A stretch of DNA of 64,000 nucleotides from Lama guanicoe (lineage: Eukaryota): NCBI GenBank assembly GCA_013239625.1, contig MU054187.1, positions 12,804,974 through 12,868,973 on the forward strand. The letters are read 5' to 3'. Position numbers and translations under genes: made by a program. The notes under the pieces were generated by a model that saw only the letters and a list, made by a program, of their open reading frames with translations, was not told the DNA's origin and searched no databases. Of this stretch, positions 27,771-40,479 are shown piece after piece; the first letter of the stretch is position 1, and the number at the start of each line of letters is the position of its first letter.

Positions 27771-29099
27771 TTTACACCCAGCAGGCCTGAGTTTGAATCC
27801 CCGCTCATTCCCAGCAGGGTCTTGTGCCAGCCCGTCAGCCATCCTGGTCACGCTGTGCCTGCTTTCTGGTGACAAAGGATGAAAAGATCTAGCCTCTGGG
27901 GTTGGGGCAGCTAGCCCTTTGGGATTTTTAGTCTCCATTGTCTTAGGGAAGCTCTAGTATAAATAAGGTTATTTTTTTTAAAAAAGATACCTTTCCAGAG
28001 CACTAATATCCTGAGTCTTGTATCTAGTTAATGGTGTTTCTTTGTAATGATAATGATTTTATTTAGGTGACGTCAAACACTAATTCCTCCGTGTAAAACC
28101 TGGCACTCCCTCTGTTCACCCCACACTCTCCTTCTCTTGAATTTCTGTAAGTTGTCTTTTATTTGTTTTTCTTATATTCCACATGGTCTCTATTGTACCT
28201 GGCTTTTCTTAAGTTCCTTTGGGGTATGTATCCTGTTTCTCTTACGGGGCTGTGAATCCTTCGGGGCAGGATCTTATTTTAATGTATTGAACCAAACCTC
28301 CCACCCACCTCATGGCCCCTCAGCGGCACACTTCAAGCACACAAAGTATTCAGCGCACGTTGGTTAATATATGTGTGATCCCTCAAGAGCAGGTTAGGAG
28401 CAGAGGGGTACTGATTTCCACTTAATCTCTAGCTTTGGGTCTCATGCTACTTTGGGAGAAGGGATGAAAGAAAAGCGTTGGAAGGGGTTGGACAGTTACC
28501 TGCCTCTCCACCATTCTAAGACAACTTACTGGCCCGTTTCCTTTGTGAACGCTGACTCAACGTATGCTGCCTGGGTTTTTTCCATTCCAATAAACATCAG
28601 TGAAGCTCTAAAAAAGCCAGCCCCTTTTAGTCATGGGTGCCATGTGCTCTTTTATGATCCCATGAATCAGTATATAGTCAGAACCAGATCTTGTGAGAGA
28701 AATCTGTGTACAGATCAGTTGTTGGCACCTACCTCAGACATTTCCTTGGTCCTAGAAGCTGAGGCTGTGGTAGACAGGAAACGCTAGGCCTCTGCTGTAC
28801 CTGAGTTTCCATCTTTGCTAAGTTCCTTTCCATTCTTGCTGGGGTAAGCTTGGGTGTGAGAGGCTACATGGGTGGCTTTACCATGCGAAAAGTTAACTAA
28901 GGTTTTGACTCACTTTGATTTGAGTGTTCACGGGTCCCAGACCCCTTCTCCATGGCAGGAGTCAGGGGGCCTTCCATGGCTAGGCCTGCCCAGGGACAGA
29001 GGGTCTAGAAATCCTCTGACAGCTTGCCAGAGAGCCCTGGGGGAGCCAGTGGCCAAGGGCTTGGGCACTACTGAGCTCTGCTTGAAAGTGTCTACACAG

Positions 29100-29810
29100 T
29101 AAGCCAAACTGTGAGGTTAGGGGGCAGTCCTCCACTGCCAAGTCTGCCTACGACTCTGCAGCAAGTTCGGATCAAACAACAAAGTTAGAGGCACAGTCCC
29201 AGGTCTTCCTTCCTTCTAACACCAACTGCAAGTTTGAGAGGTGGTTCCCTAAACCACCTTCAAGTTTGATTATTCGATGGAAGAACTCATAGAACTCACT
29301 GAAAGCTGTTATACTCAAGCTGTGATTTATTAGGGGCAAAGGCTAAAGACCAAAGTTCGTCAAAGGAAGAGATGCGTAGGGCAGAGTCTGGGAAGGTCCA
29401 AGCGCAAAGCTTCCATCATCCTCATGGATGTGTTACCCTCCAGCATCAACAGGTGATGGTATACGTGGAATGTTCCCAACAAGGGAGGTCCACCTGAACT
29501 TCAGAGTCCAGAGTTTTCACTGGGGGCTTCATTCTGTAGGTCTGACTGACTGACAGCCCACGTAGTTGACCTCAGCCGCCAGGTCAACTGCTTGATCAAA
29601 AGCCTTCACTCTAAAGCACGTTTGGTCTCTCTCAGGTGGCCAGTTCCCACCTCATAATATTGCATGTGGCTGGCCCTACCCTAAAATACCTGGTGTGGCC
29701 GGCTTGCTCCCTAAACAAAAACCCTCCTATTGGGTATGATGTTTACCTCCCAGAAATGGAGGGCAAAGGCCAGACTTCTCTTTGGGCAAGTCCAACTTCC
29801 TTACCGGACA
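29100..29810 (-). mobile_element. MER21-like solo LTR (ERVL class)
   Basis: agaactcactgaaagctgttatactca and the terminal ttacctcccagaa...gggcaaaggccagacttctctttgggcaag match the reverse complement of MER21 as I recall it. Confidence 0.75.
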
Positions 29811-31169
29811 GTGACTTACCAAGTCTCTTTACTGTGCCCAGCTCTTCAACCTCTGGGGCTCTTTTTCCTGGCAAATCAATTAAAATAAACAAGCAAAGTT
29901 GTTACTCTATAACTCCTCCCTTTAACTCTCAGACCCAAACCTCATCACTTGCCAGATTAATGTGTATGACATTGTATTAATTCACCTAGCCCTGTATGTA
30001 GTACAAAGTTGGCATTCAGCAGACCAGAAGTCCTAGTCTGAACCCCTTGAAATCATATGTAAAATTTTGCAAGTATGTTTGCATTTGGGTTTGGATGGGG
30101 CATCAGGGTTCCTACATTTCATCAAATTTCAAAGAGGTCTACATCCCATAAAAGTTGGAGCCCACCTGGCCCAGATAAAAGTGAATTCTCTCCCTGCACA
30201 TCACCACTGCTGGACTATTTTTTCATGAGCTCCAGGAGTTTTGTTCGCTAACAGAAGAAGCACAGAGGAGACAGTGCCTGGGCTGGAAGTGTAAGGGCAG
30301 TTTTGCTATCTGGTTTACAAGGCCTCTTGGGTTAATGCTAGAAGCATCAAAGCGAGCATTTCTTCTGTCTTTCCTGTGCTCTGCAGGCCAAGAGTTTCTT
30401 GTGCTAAAATAAACAACTGGCGGTTTTATTAGGCTCCACAGAAGGAAGGAAGAAGTTTATGTTTCATACCTTTTATATTATAGAGAACATTACTATGCGA
30501 ACTTCAATTCTTCAATCTGTTTATTTAAACTTAAAAAACAGTACTAATGCTATAAATAGAATAAACCATGTCCACTCCTGAGCATTTACAACAAGCATGC
30601 AGCCAGTAATCTAGACCCTAAAAAAATAAACCACTTACCCTTAATAGTCAGGAGAGCAATGTAGATGTGGATAAATGGATGTAGATCACTTTTAGATTTT
30701 ATTAAGCTATAGCTGGCTCGGGCAGAGGGAGGGGAGAGGTTCTACCTGTTTTAAACTGTAGAAAAAACCCCATACACTTTATTTTGCATCCCTCAAATCT
30801 CTTACAAAATCATGGAAATTATGACATGATTGTGCCACACAGGACTCAACTTTGCTTTACTCTGTGGAGGGGTTTGAAATCTGATCATACAGAAGAAATG
30901 TGTTTATTTTCAGTTTGTTGTGTTCAGTTCTTACAATACCTTGGTTCTTATCAGACAAGGAAATAAGTGTTTGATGCTCTGTAACCCTGATTCATTCAGA
31001 GGTGTTAACTGAGTGCAGCCCAGCACACGATCCAGTACTAGATTCTGAGAAGGATACATATGAAACGATTACTCTTGAAAGCCTCACCGTTTAGTGGGGA
31101 AGATGAGTGGTTCCCAATAGTCACAGTATTTTGTTACAGTTAATGATTTGCATGTCTTTATTGTAGACT

Positions 31170-31650
31170 CTCTCAAAATCCCAATGTCTTTTTTTTTTTT
31201 AACAGAAATAGAAAAATCCATCCTAAAATTTATATAGAATCTCCAGGGACCCCAAATATCCCCAAAAAATATTGGAAAAAAAAAAAGGAAGTTGGAGATT
31301 TTATACTTCCTGAATTCAAAACTTAATACAAAGCTAAATTAATCAAAACGACATGGTACTGGCAGAAAGACAATAGGCCAATGGAATAGGATAGAGAGCC
31401 CAGAAATAAACCCTCACATATGGTCAAAAGATTTTCAAGAAGGGTGCCAGGGCCATTCACTGGAGAAAGGGCAGTCTTTTCAACAAATGGTGTTCGAGAA
31501 ACTGGATAACCACATGCAAAAGAATGAAGATGGACCCTTACCTAATACCACACACAAAAATTAACTCAAAGCAGGTCAAAACATTAAAGCAAAAACTATA
31601 AAACTCTTAGAGGAAAACAGAGGAAAAGCTTCACGACACTGGCTGTGGCT
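31170..31650 (+). mobile_element. L1 ORF2 internal fragment
   Basis: acagaaatagaaaaatccatcctaaaattt...tggtactggc...agcccagaaataaaccc...ttcaacaaatggtg (the WYW/PEINP/FNKWC region). Confidence 0.85.
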
Positions 31651-32100
31651 GGAGTCAGAGACCTGGGCTCAAGACCACCATTCCCTACCTGTATGATCTT
31701 AAGTGCGTTACCTACTCTCTCTAGGTCTCAGCTTTCTCATCTGTAAAAAGATGACAGTAATGGAATGATCGTGGGAACTAGGTAAATTAACACGTCATTA
31801 ATCAGTGCCGGTATCTGGCATGCAGTTTACTATCAGCCGTTATCATCCACTTGGGGGAACAGCAGGCAGCATAACACAGTAGTTAAGTAGGTGGGCTTCG
31901 GAGTCAGGTTTTTCTAGGTTGATATTCTGGTTCTACCCTTTGCTGCCTCTGGGACTTTGGGCAAATGCTTTACGTTTCTATAGCTGAGGACTTTAAAAAA
32001 CATTCTGAACAATGGAATTAATAATACTTATCTCATAAAGTTGTAAAGATCAGATGAAATAATCCCCTTGACCAGCTCTTAGAAAAGTAGTTAGCACTCC
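31650..32100 (+). mobile_element. Two adjacent MIR SINEs
   Basis: ggagtcagagacctggg...ctcagctttctcatctgtaaaa, then gcagcataacacagtagttaag...ggagtcagg...actttgggcaaatg. Confidence 0.7.
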
Positions 32101-33614
32101 CCAGTGTCAGTTCTTACAGCTGCTACAGTGGTCAGTACAGCATCGGACAGATAGTACGTGCTCATCTAATGAACCATCATTCTGCCCTAAATGATGGCTT
32201 TTAGGAAGTGCTTAATGACGTGCAAAAATAGTCATCGTAAACTGTCAGGAAAGACAGGATAAAAAGTCAAATATGCAATTTGATCTCAACTATGTAAGAA
32301 AAAAGCAGAATAAAAGTTATTTAAAAGTAGCCTATTGAACTATTACTAGTGGCCATGCCTTAGATGGAAAAATCATGGATAGGTTTATTGTTTCTTTATA
32401 TTTTTGTGGAATTTTCAAAATTTCTGCCATGAGTTTGTGCTTTGACCATTGGAAATATTAAAATGCAGTTAAATAAGCTGGAAAGAGGCATACGAGTCAA
32501 TGCCGTCTACTGCTGCTTGGCACGCTGGCTAGCAATCACCAGAGGAGGGCGAAGACTGTGGCCCTGGGGAGATGGGACCGTTTGTACGTGTGTGCTTGTG
32601 CATGTGTGTCTTGTCTCCCAAAGAGTCTGAGAGATCCTTGAGGGTATAGACTCTGCCAGCCAATCCCCCAGGCTTTCCTTCTAACGCAGGGTCTAGCATA
32701 GATAGTCAGGGTCTTTGCACACAGGTGGTCACTGAACACACGGTGAAGCAGGAAATGGTATTAATGTTGGAAGGAGAGGTTCAAGCCAAGGCTGCCGCGG
32801 CAGGGGGTTGGGGTTGACCTGCCTGGGTGACCCAGTGTCCTTCCACCCCAGAGACTGGGCAGGTGGAGGGGAAAGATCAGAGCTCATGGAAAACCAGAGA
32901 ACTTCTCTCCTTGGACTGGGCAGTCCAACAGTCAGCTTTGGTGGAAGATACTCTCTCTTTGCAGAAGACATGGTGTTTGGGCTGAAACTTGCTTAACGTA
33001 GGGAACGGAAAATAGGAAAGTTTTCATTTTAAAATTTAAAAAGCTTTTAAATTATTTTAGCTGTATCATTTGCTCATTGGAAACTTCAGAAAATAAAAAC
33101 ATAATCAAGAAGTTAAAGCGCTTCAAAATTGCACCACTCAGAGATGATCACTGTATATATTGGTAGATATTAGTCTAAATTTTTTACTGTGTGTGTGTGT
33201 ACTGTTTGTACCTTGATTTTTCTTCTTGACTAAACAATATATTGTGGACAGCTTTCCATGATGATAGATAGAGCTGTACATAATTTGTTTAGCACTTGCA
33301 CAGTATTTCATTGCATAGATGTACTTCCATTTTTAAAAATCAGTTCTAACATGTGCTATGTGTTGGAGATGCAATGACCAAAACAGACATGGTGCTTGCC
33401 CTCATAGGACTAAGAGGTCCCCTCTCTAACCCCTTAGACAATTAAAACAACACAGATAAAGCATGCTGAGTGTGATGTTGGGGTAGAAGTTTCTCCTGGA
33501 GCACAGAGGCAGAAGTCCCCAGCTTACAGGCACATCTGAGTGTAATTCATACTATGTCTTTATGTGTCATTAAGCTTTCATTTTTTAATGAGGTATAATT
33601 GACATGTCACATTA

Positions 33615-35477
33615 CAGGCATACCTCGGAGATACTGCAGGTTTGGTTCCAGACCACCGCAGTAGAGCAGATATCACAATGTAGTGAGTTGCATGAATATC
33701 TTGGTTTCCTAGTGCATATAAAAGTTATATTTATACTACACTACAGTTTGTTAAGTGTGCAATAGCATTTTGTCTAAAAAATGCACAGACCTTAATTTAA
33801 AAATACTTTATTTCTAAAAAATGCTAACCAACATCTGAGCCTTTGTAGAGTCAGTCTTTTTGCTGATGGAGGGTCTTGCCTCGGTGTTGATGGCTGCTGA
33901 TTGATCAAGGTGGGGGATGCTGAAGTTTGGGGTGGCTGTGGCAAGATCTTAAAATAAGATAACAAAGAAGTTTGCCACATCAATTGGTTCTTCCTTTCAG
34001 GAAAGATTTCTCTGTAGCTTGCAGGGCTGTTTGAACCCTCAAACCTTACATTTTTTTTAATCAGCTAAGTTTACGTCATATTCTAAATCCTTTGTTGTCA
34101 TTTCAACAATCCTCACAGCATTTTCACCAGGAGTAGATTTCATCTCAAAAAAAAAAAACAAAACGACTTGCTTTGCTCACCCGAAAGAAGTAACCCCTCA
34201 TTTGTTAAAGCTTTATCATGAGGTTGTAGCAATTCAGTCACATCTTCAGGCTCCACTTCTGATTCTAGTTTTCTCTCTCTCTCTTTTTTTTAAATGAAGC
34301 ACTTCTTTTTATTGCATTATAGTCGGTTTATAATGTTGTGTGAATTTCTGGTGTACACCGTCGTGATTCAGATATCTATATATATGTTCTTTTTCATTAT
34401 AGGCTGTTACAAGGTATTGAATATAGTTCCCTGTGCTGTACAGTTGGATCTTTTTGTTTATCTATGATTCTGGTTCTCTTGCTATTTCTAAGACACCTGC
34501 AGTTACTTCCTCCACTGAATTCTTGAACCCCTCGAAATCATCCATGAGGGCTGGAATCAACCGCTTCCAAACTCCTGTTAATGTTGGTAATTTGACATCT
34601 TCTAATGAATCACACATGTTCTTTACGACATCTAGAATGGTGAATCCTTTCCAGAAGGTTTTCAATTTAATTTGCCCAGATCCATTGGAAGAATCACTGT
34701 CCATCATAGAACTGAAGAGAGTTAGGGCCTTGCTCTGGATTAGGCTTTGGATACAGGGAATGTTGTGGCCGGTTTGATCTTCTATCCAGACCACTAAAAT
34801 CTCCGTATCGGCGATAAGGCTGTTTTCCTCTCTTATCACTCGTGTGGTCACTGGAGTAGCACTTTCAATTTCCTTCAAGAACTTTTCCTTTTTATTCACA
34901 ACTCGGCTAACTCTTTGGAACAAGGGGCCTTGCTTTCAGCCTGTTTTGGCTTTTGATATGCCTTCCTCACGAAGGTAAATCATTTGTAGCTTCTAATTTA
35001 AAGTGAGAGGTATGTGCGTTACCCTTTCACTCGCCACGTGGAGGCTGTTGCATCGTTATGAATTGGCCTAATTTCAGTAGTGTCGTGTCTCAGGGAACAG
35101 GGAGTCCCCAGAAGAGGGAGAGAGACAGGGGAACGGCCAGCTGGTGGGGCAGTCAGAACACACACAGCATTTATCGGTTAAGCTTGCTGTCTTCCATGGC
35201 CATGGCTTGTGGCACCCCAAGACAGTCGCAGTAGTAACATCAGAGCTCACTGATCACAGACCACCATAGCAAATATAATAGCAACCCAAAAGTTTGAAAT
35301 ACTGTGAGAATTACCAAAATGTGATACAGAGACATGAAGTGAGCAAATGAGACTGTTCGGAAAATGGTGCCCATAGACTTGTTTGCAGCAGGGTTGCCAG
35401 AAAATATCAACTTGCTAAGAAATGTAATTATCTGTGAGGTGCAATAAAGCAAAGTACCATAAAATGAGGTACACCTG
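33615..35477 (-). mobile_element. Tigger1 (TcMar-Tigger/pogo) DNA transposon, internally deleted
   Basis: TIRs caggcatacctc / gaggtacacctg with TA duplications at 33613-33614 and 35478-35479. ORF 34462-34923 is Tigger1 transposase-like (EKFLKEIESATPV...WIEDQT...LKTFWKGFTILD...DDFEGFK). Confidence 0.92.
34277..34464 (-). mobile_element. Short younger L1 3' end inserted in Tigger1
   Basis: Similar to the L1 3' UTR at 21080-21200 (atagtcggtttataatgttgtgtgaatttctggtgtaca). Imperfect TSD tgattct(a/g)gtt..ctct at ~34260-34276 and 34465-34479. Confidence 0.8.
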
Positions 35478-37367
35478 TATACTAGTTTTAGGTGTAAAAC
35501 ATAATGATTTGATATTTGTATGTATTGCAAAGTGATCACAATAAGTCTAGTTAACATGGAACACTGCATAAATTGATTTTTCTTGTGATGAGAACTTTTA
35601 GGAACTCACTTAGCAACTTTTAAAGGTGCGATAGAGTATCAAAAAATATAGTCACCTTGTTGTACATTACCTCCCCATGGACCTATTTATTTTATATTTT
35701 ATTTGGAAACTTATGCCTTTTGATCCCTTCACCCATTTTGCCCACCCCTACCCCCTGCCTCTGGCAACCAACAATCTGTTCTCTGTACCTGTGAATTTGG
35801 TTGTATTTTTAGTTTAGTTCAGGTTTTCTTTTGGATTTCACATATAAGTGTTACCATATGCTGTATTTGTCTTTCTCTTTCTGACTTATTTCACATATAT
35901 TTCTCTCAAGATACATTCATATTGTTGCAAATGGCAAGATTTCACTCATTTTTATGGCTGTATAATATTCCATTTGTAGGTATACCATATTTTCTTTATC
36001 CATTCACCCATTAGTGGACAGTTATGTTGTTTCCATGTCTTCACTATTGCAAACAATGCTGTCATGAACATATCTTTTGAAATTAGTGTATTTTATTTTC
36101 TTCAAATCAATACCCAGAAGTTGAATGCTGGATCATGTGGTAATTCTATTTTTAATTTTTTGAGGAACTTCCATACTATTTTCCATAGTAGCTGCACCAG
36201 TTTACGTTCCCACAAACAGTATACGAGGGTTCCCTTTTCTCTACCACCAACCTCACCAATGCTTGTTATTTGTGGTCTTTTTGATAACAGCCATTCTGAC
36301 AGGTGTGAGGTGATAGCTCATTGTGGTTTTAACTTGCATTTCTCTGATTAGTGATGTTGAGCACTTTTCATGTACCTGTTGGCATCTTTGTGTCTTTGGA
36401 AAAATGTCTATTCAGTGTCTCTGCTCATTTTATAAATCAGATTGTTTCTTTGCTGTCAAGTTGTGAGTTTTTTTAATAAGCTTTGGACATAAACCTCTTA
36501 TTAGATATACAAATTGCAATTAGTATCTCCCATTCAGTCGGCTGCCTTTTCACTTGGTTGATGGCTTCGTTTGCTGTGCATGAGCTTTTTAGTTTGTATA
36601 CTCCCACTTGTTTATTTTTGATTTTGTTTTCTTTGCTTTTGATGCCAAATCCAAAAATTCATTACCAAGACTGATGTCAAGGACCTTACCACCTATTCAA
36701 TTTCTTCTAGATGTCTTATGGTTTCAGGTCTTATCTTCAAATCTTTAATCCATTCTGAGGTAATTTTGGTGTAAGATTGTGGTTCAATTTCATTCTTTTA
36801 CATGTGGCTATCCGGTTTTCCCAAGACCACTTTTCCCTATTGTATTTTTTGTCTCCTGTTTCACAGATTAATTACTCATATAAGTGTGGGTTCTTTATTC
36901 TGTACCATTGATCTATGGTGTTTTTATACCAGTACCATACTTCTTGATTATGTAATTTTGTAATATACGTTCTGTTTTATTTAGTTTTATAATATAGTTT
37001 GAAATCGGGGAGCATGACCCCTCCAGCTTTGTTCTACTTTCTCAAGATTGCTTTGGCTATTCAGGGTCTTTTGTGTTTCCATCCAAATGTTTTAGAATTG
37101 TTTGTTCTACTTCTGTGAAAAATGTCATTGGAGTTTTGATAGAGATTGCATTGAATCTGTATTTTGCTTTGGGTAGTATGGGCATTTAAACAATATTAAT
37201 TGTTACAATCAATGATCATGGAATATATTTCCATTTATTTGTATCATCTTCATTTTCTTTCATTAATGTCTCATGGTTTTCAATGTACAGGTCTTTCACC
37301 CCCTTGATTAAATCTATTCCTAAATATTTCATTCTTTCTGTTGCAGCTATAAATAGGATTGTTTTCT

Positions 37368-38251
37368 AGTGTTGATCTGCCAGTGGGGTGGGGCTGGTTT
37401 CTGACCCAGCTGGCTGCAGGTGTCCCAAAGCTGGTGCTGTCCTGCTGCTGAGGAGCTGGGTCCCAGGATGGCTGGCTGAGGAGTCCAGAGTATCTTGAAG
37501 CTGGTGTTGGCCTGCTGATGGGTGGGGGCCTGGGTGGTCCTGGGGCTGGTACTGGCCTGCTGGTGTGTTGGCTGGGTCCTGACAAGGCAGGCTCCAGGAC
37601 TGTGGTGGTCCTGGGGCAGTGTCTGCCCACTGGTGGTCGGGCTCAGGGTCAGGGGATCCTGAGGCTGGTGCCCACACAGCGATGGGTCCCTGGGCTAGTG
37701 CCAGCCCACTGGCAGGCCAGTCTGGGTTCTGGGTCTCTGGCTGCAGGGCCCAGGTGTCCCAAAGCTGGAATCAGAGCTGCTGAGGCCCAAGGGGTCCTGT
37801 GGCTAGTTCTGGCTCATGGTGAGTGAATCTGGGTCCTGGGATTTCTGGCTGTAGTCCTCTGGGGGTCCTGGAGCTGGTGTTGGCCCACTGGTGGGCAAGG
37901 CCAGATCCTGGGCTGGCTGGCTGAGGGGCCCAAGGTGTCTCAGAGCTGCTGTTGGCCTGTTGGTGGCCAGGGCCAGGGGGTCCTGGGGCTGATCCCGGGG
38001 CCAGTGCCAGCCCTCTGGTGGTCAGAGGAAGGTCCCGGGATCCCTGACTGCAGGGCTTGAGGGGTCCAGGCGTTGCTGTGTCAACCCACTGTTGGTCGGG
38101 GCCAGAGTGTTGGGGCTCCTGGGGCTGGTTCCTGCCCCCTGGTGGGCGGGCCCTGGGCCTGGGACCTCTGACTGCAGGGTTCGTGCCACTGCACTGGTCT
38201 GTGGGCCGAGTGCTGGGCCCGCTGCTGCACAGGGCCTTGACCTGGGGCAGC
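37368..38251 (-). repeat. GC-rich degenerate tandem array (~60-75 bp period), resembling L1 5'-region repeats
   Basis: The unit gctggtgYYRgcccactggtggg recurs near 37430, 37500, 37546, 37664, 37694, 37801, 37873, 37945, 38000, 38070 and 38124. Its reverse complement resembles the L1 5' UTR at 57700-57890. Confidence 0.75.
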
Positions 38252-40479
38252 TGTATACTTGAAGAGAACATGCATCCTGCTTTTGAATGAAATATTCTAT
38301 GTATCTCTGTTAAGTCCATCGGCTCTAATATGTTGTTTAAAGCCAATGTTTCATTGATTTTCTGTCTGGGTGATGTATCGATTGATGTAAGTGGGGTATT
38401 AAAATCCTCTACTATTATTGTCTTGTCTTTTTCTCTCTTAAGGTCTGTTGATGTTTGCTTTATATATTTAGGTGCCCCTGTGCATAAATATATACACATG
38501 TTATATTCTCTTATTGGACTGAATCTTTTATTACTACATAATGCCCTTCTTTGTCTCTTAAAACAGACTTTAAAACAAAACTGTAATATCTGGTATAAGT
38601 AGAGCTACCGCAGCTTTCTTCTGGCTTCCATTTGCATGGAATATCTTTTTCCATCCCTTCACTTTTAGTCTGTGTGTAGCCTTAAATCTGAAACAAGTCT
38701 TACAGGCAGAATATAGATGGTTCTTATTTTTCCTTTGTCCATTCAACCACTCTGTCTTTTGATTGGAGAATTTAGTCCATTTACATTTAAAGCAATTATT
38801 GATGGGTGTGCACTTACTGCCATTTTATTAATTGTGTTCTGTTTGGTAGTTCCTCTCTCTTCCTTCTTCTCTTCCTCTATTCCTTTGTAATTAGGTGACT
38901 CTTTTTAGTGGTATTAGATTCCTTTCTTCTTTGTGTATCTAATGTAGGTTTTTGCTTTATGGCTGCTATGAGGCTTCTGTATATAACAACTTGTTTGTTA
39001 AGTCTATTTCAAGTTGGTAACAAGTTTGAACACATTCTGAGGCTTTGCATTTTTACTCTCCCTTACCATGTTTTATATTTTTGATGTTACATTTTACATC
39101 TTTTTATCATCTGTGCTCCTTAGCTAATTATTGCAGTTATAGTTATTTTACTGCTTTTGTTTTTTCACCTTCATATTAGCTTTATAAGTGACTAATTCAC
39201 TACCTTTACTATATATTTAACTTTACCAGTGAGATTTACACTTTCATAGGTTTTCTTGTTATGAATTAGCACCCTTTCTTTTCAGCTTAAAAAAGTCCAT
39301 TTAACATTTCTTGTAAGACCAATTTAGTGTTGATGAACTCCTTTAGCTTTTGCTTGTCTGGAAACTCTCTCTCCTTCAATTCTGAATGATAAATCTGCTG
39401 GGTAGATATTCTTCGTTGGCAGATTTTTTTCTTTCAGCCCTTTGGATATGTTATGTCATTCCCTCTGGTCTGCAGTTTCTGCTGAAAAATCTACTGATGG
39501 TTTTATTGAGGTTCCTTTGTACTAAACAAGTTATTTCTCTCTTTCTGCTTTTAAGATTCTCTCCTTGCCTTAAACTTTGACGTTTTAATTATAATGTGAC
39601 TTGGTGTGGGTCTCTTTGAGTTCATCTTCTGGGTAACTCTCTGGGCTTTCTGGATCTGGATATCTGTTTCCTTCCCCAGATTAAGGAAGTTTTCACTCAT
39701 AATTTCTTCAAATAAGTTTTCTGCCTCTTTCTCTCAATCTTTCTTTTCTGGGACCCCTATTATGGTGAATGTTTGTCTGCTTGATGCTGTCCTATAAATC
39801 CCTCGAAGTATCTCATGTTTTTTTCTTTTTCATTTTTTCTTTTAGCTGCTCTAATTTGGTGATTTCTACTGCCCTGTCTTCGGGTTCACTGATAGTTTCT
39901 TCTGATTCATTTGTACTGCTACTGAACCTCTCTAGTGTGCTTTTCAGTTCAGTATTGTATTCTTCAGCTACGTGACTTCTATTACTGGTACTTTCTTATA
40001 TTTCCTACCTCTTTTTTGAAGTTCTCATTATGTTTATCCACTCTCCTGATACTTCTGACCATTTGAACTTATCAGGTAAATTACTTATCTCTGTTTCATT
40101 AAGGTTTTTTCCCAGGTTTTATCATGTGGACAACATACTTCTCTGTTCCTTTATTTTGCTTGACTCTGTGTTGCTTTCTGTGCGTTAGGTGAAACAGCAA
40201 CCTCTCCCAGTCTTGAAGGGTTAGCCTTGTGTGGGAGATGCATCTTGTTGTTCAACCCTGCTCTAGCTCTTGGCTGTCTCTCAATGCTTTGTCATTGTCT
40301 CAGCAGCCTATTTTATTTTTACTGGCTCCCAGTAGTTGAGGGTGTTCCAAGACCTACCAGTGTTCTGAAAGGGCAGATCTTAGCACTGAAATTCAGACTG
40401 ATTGGAAGCCTGATTTTCTGGCAACAGCTTTTGAAATATGCAAATATGAATTGTCCTGTGGGACTACAAGTGTAAGCTC

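Noticed and set aside
27357..27938. Overlapping ORFs on both strands at the CpG patch
   Set aside because: Expected from stop-codon scarcity in GC-rich DNA; the translations are low-complexity.
37771..38499. Longest ORF (242 aa) as a novel gene
   Set aside because: It is a decayed L1 endonuclease fragment running into a stop-poor GC-rich repeat, with no splice or promoter support.
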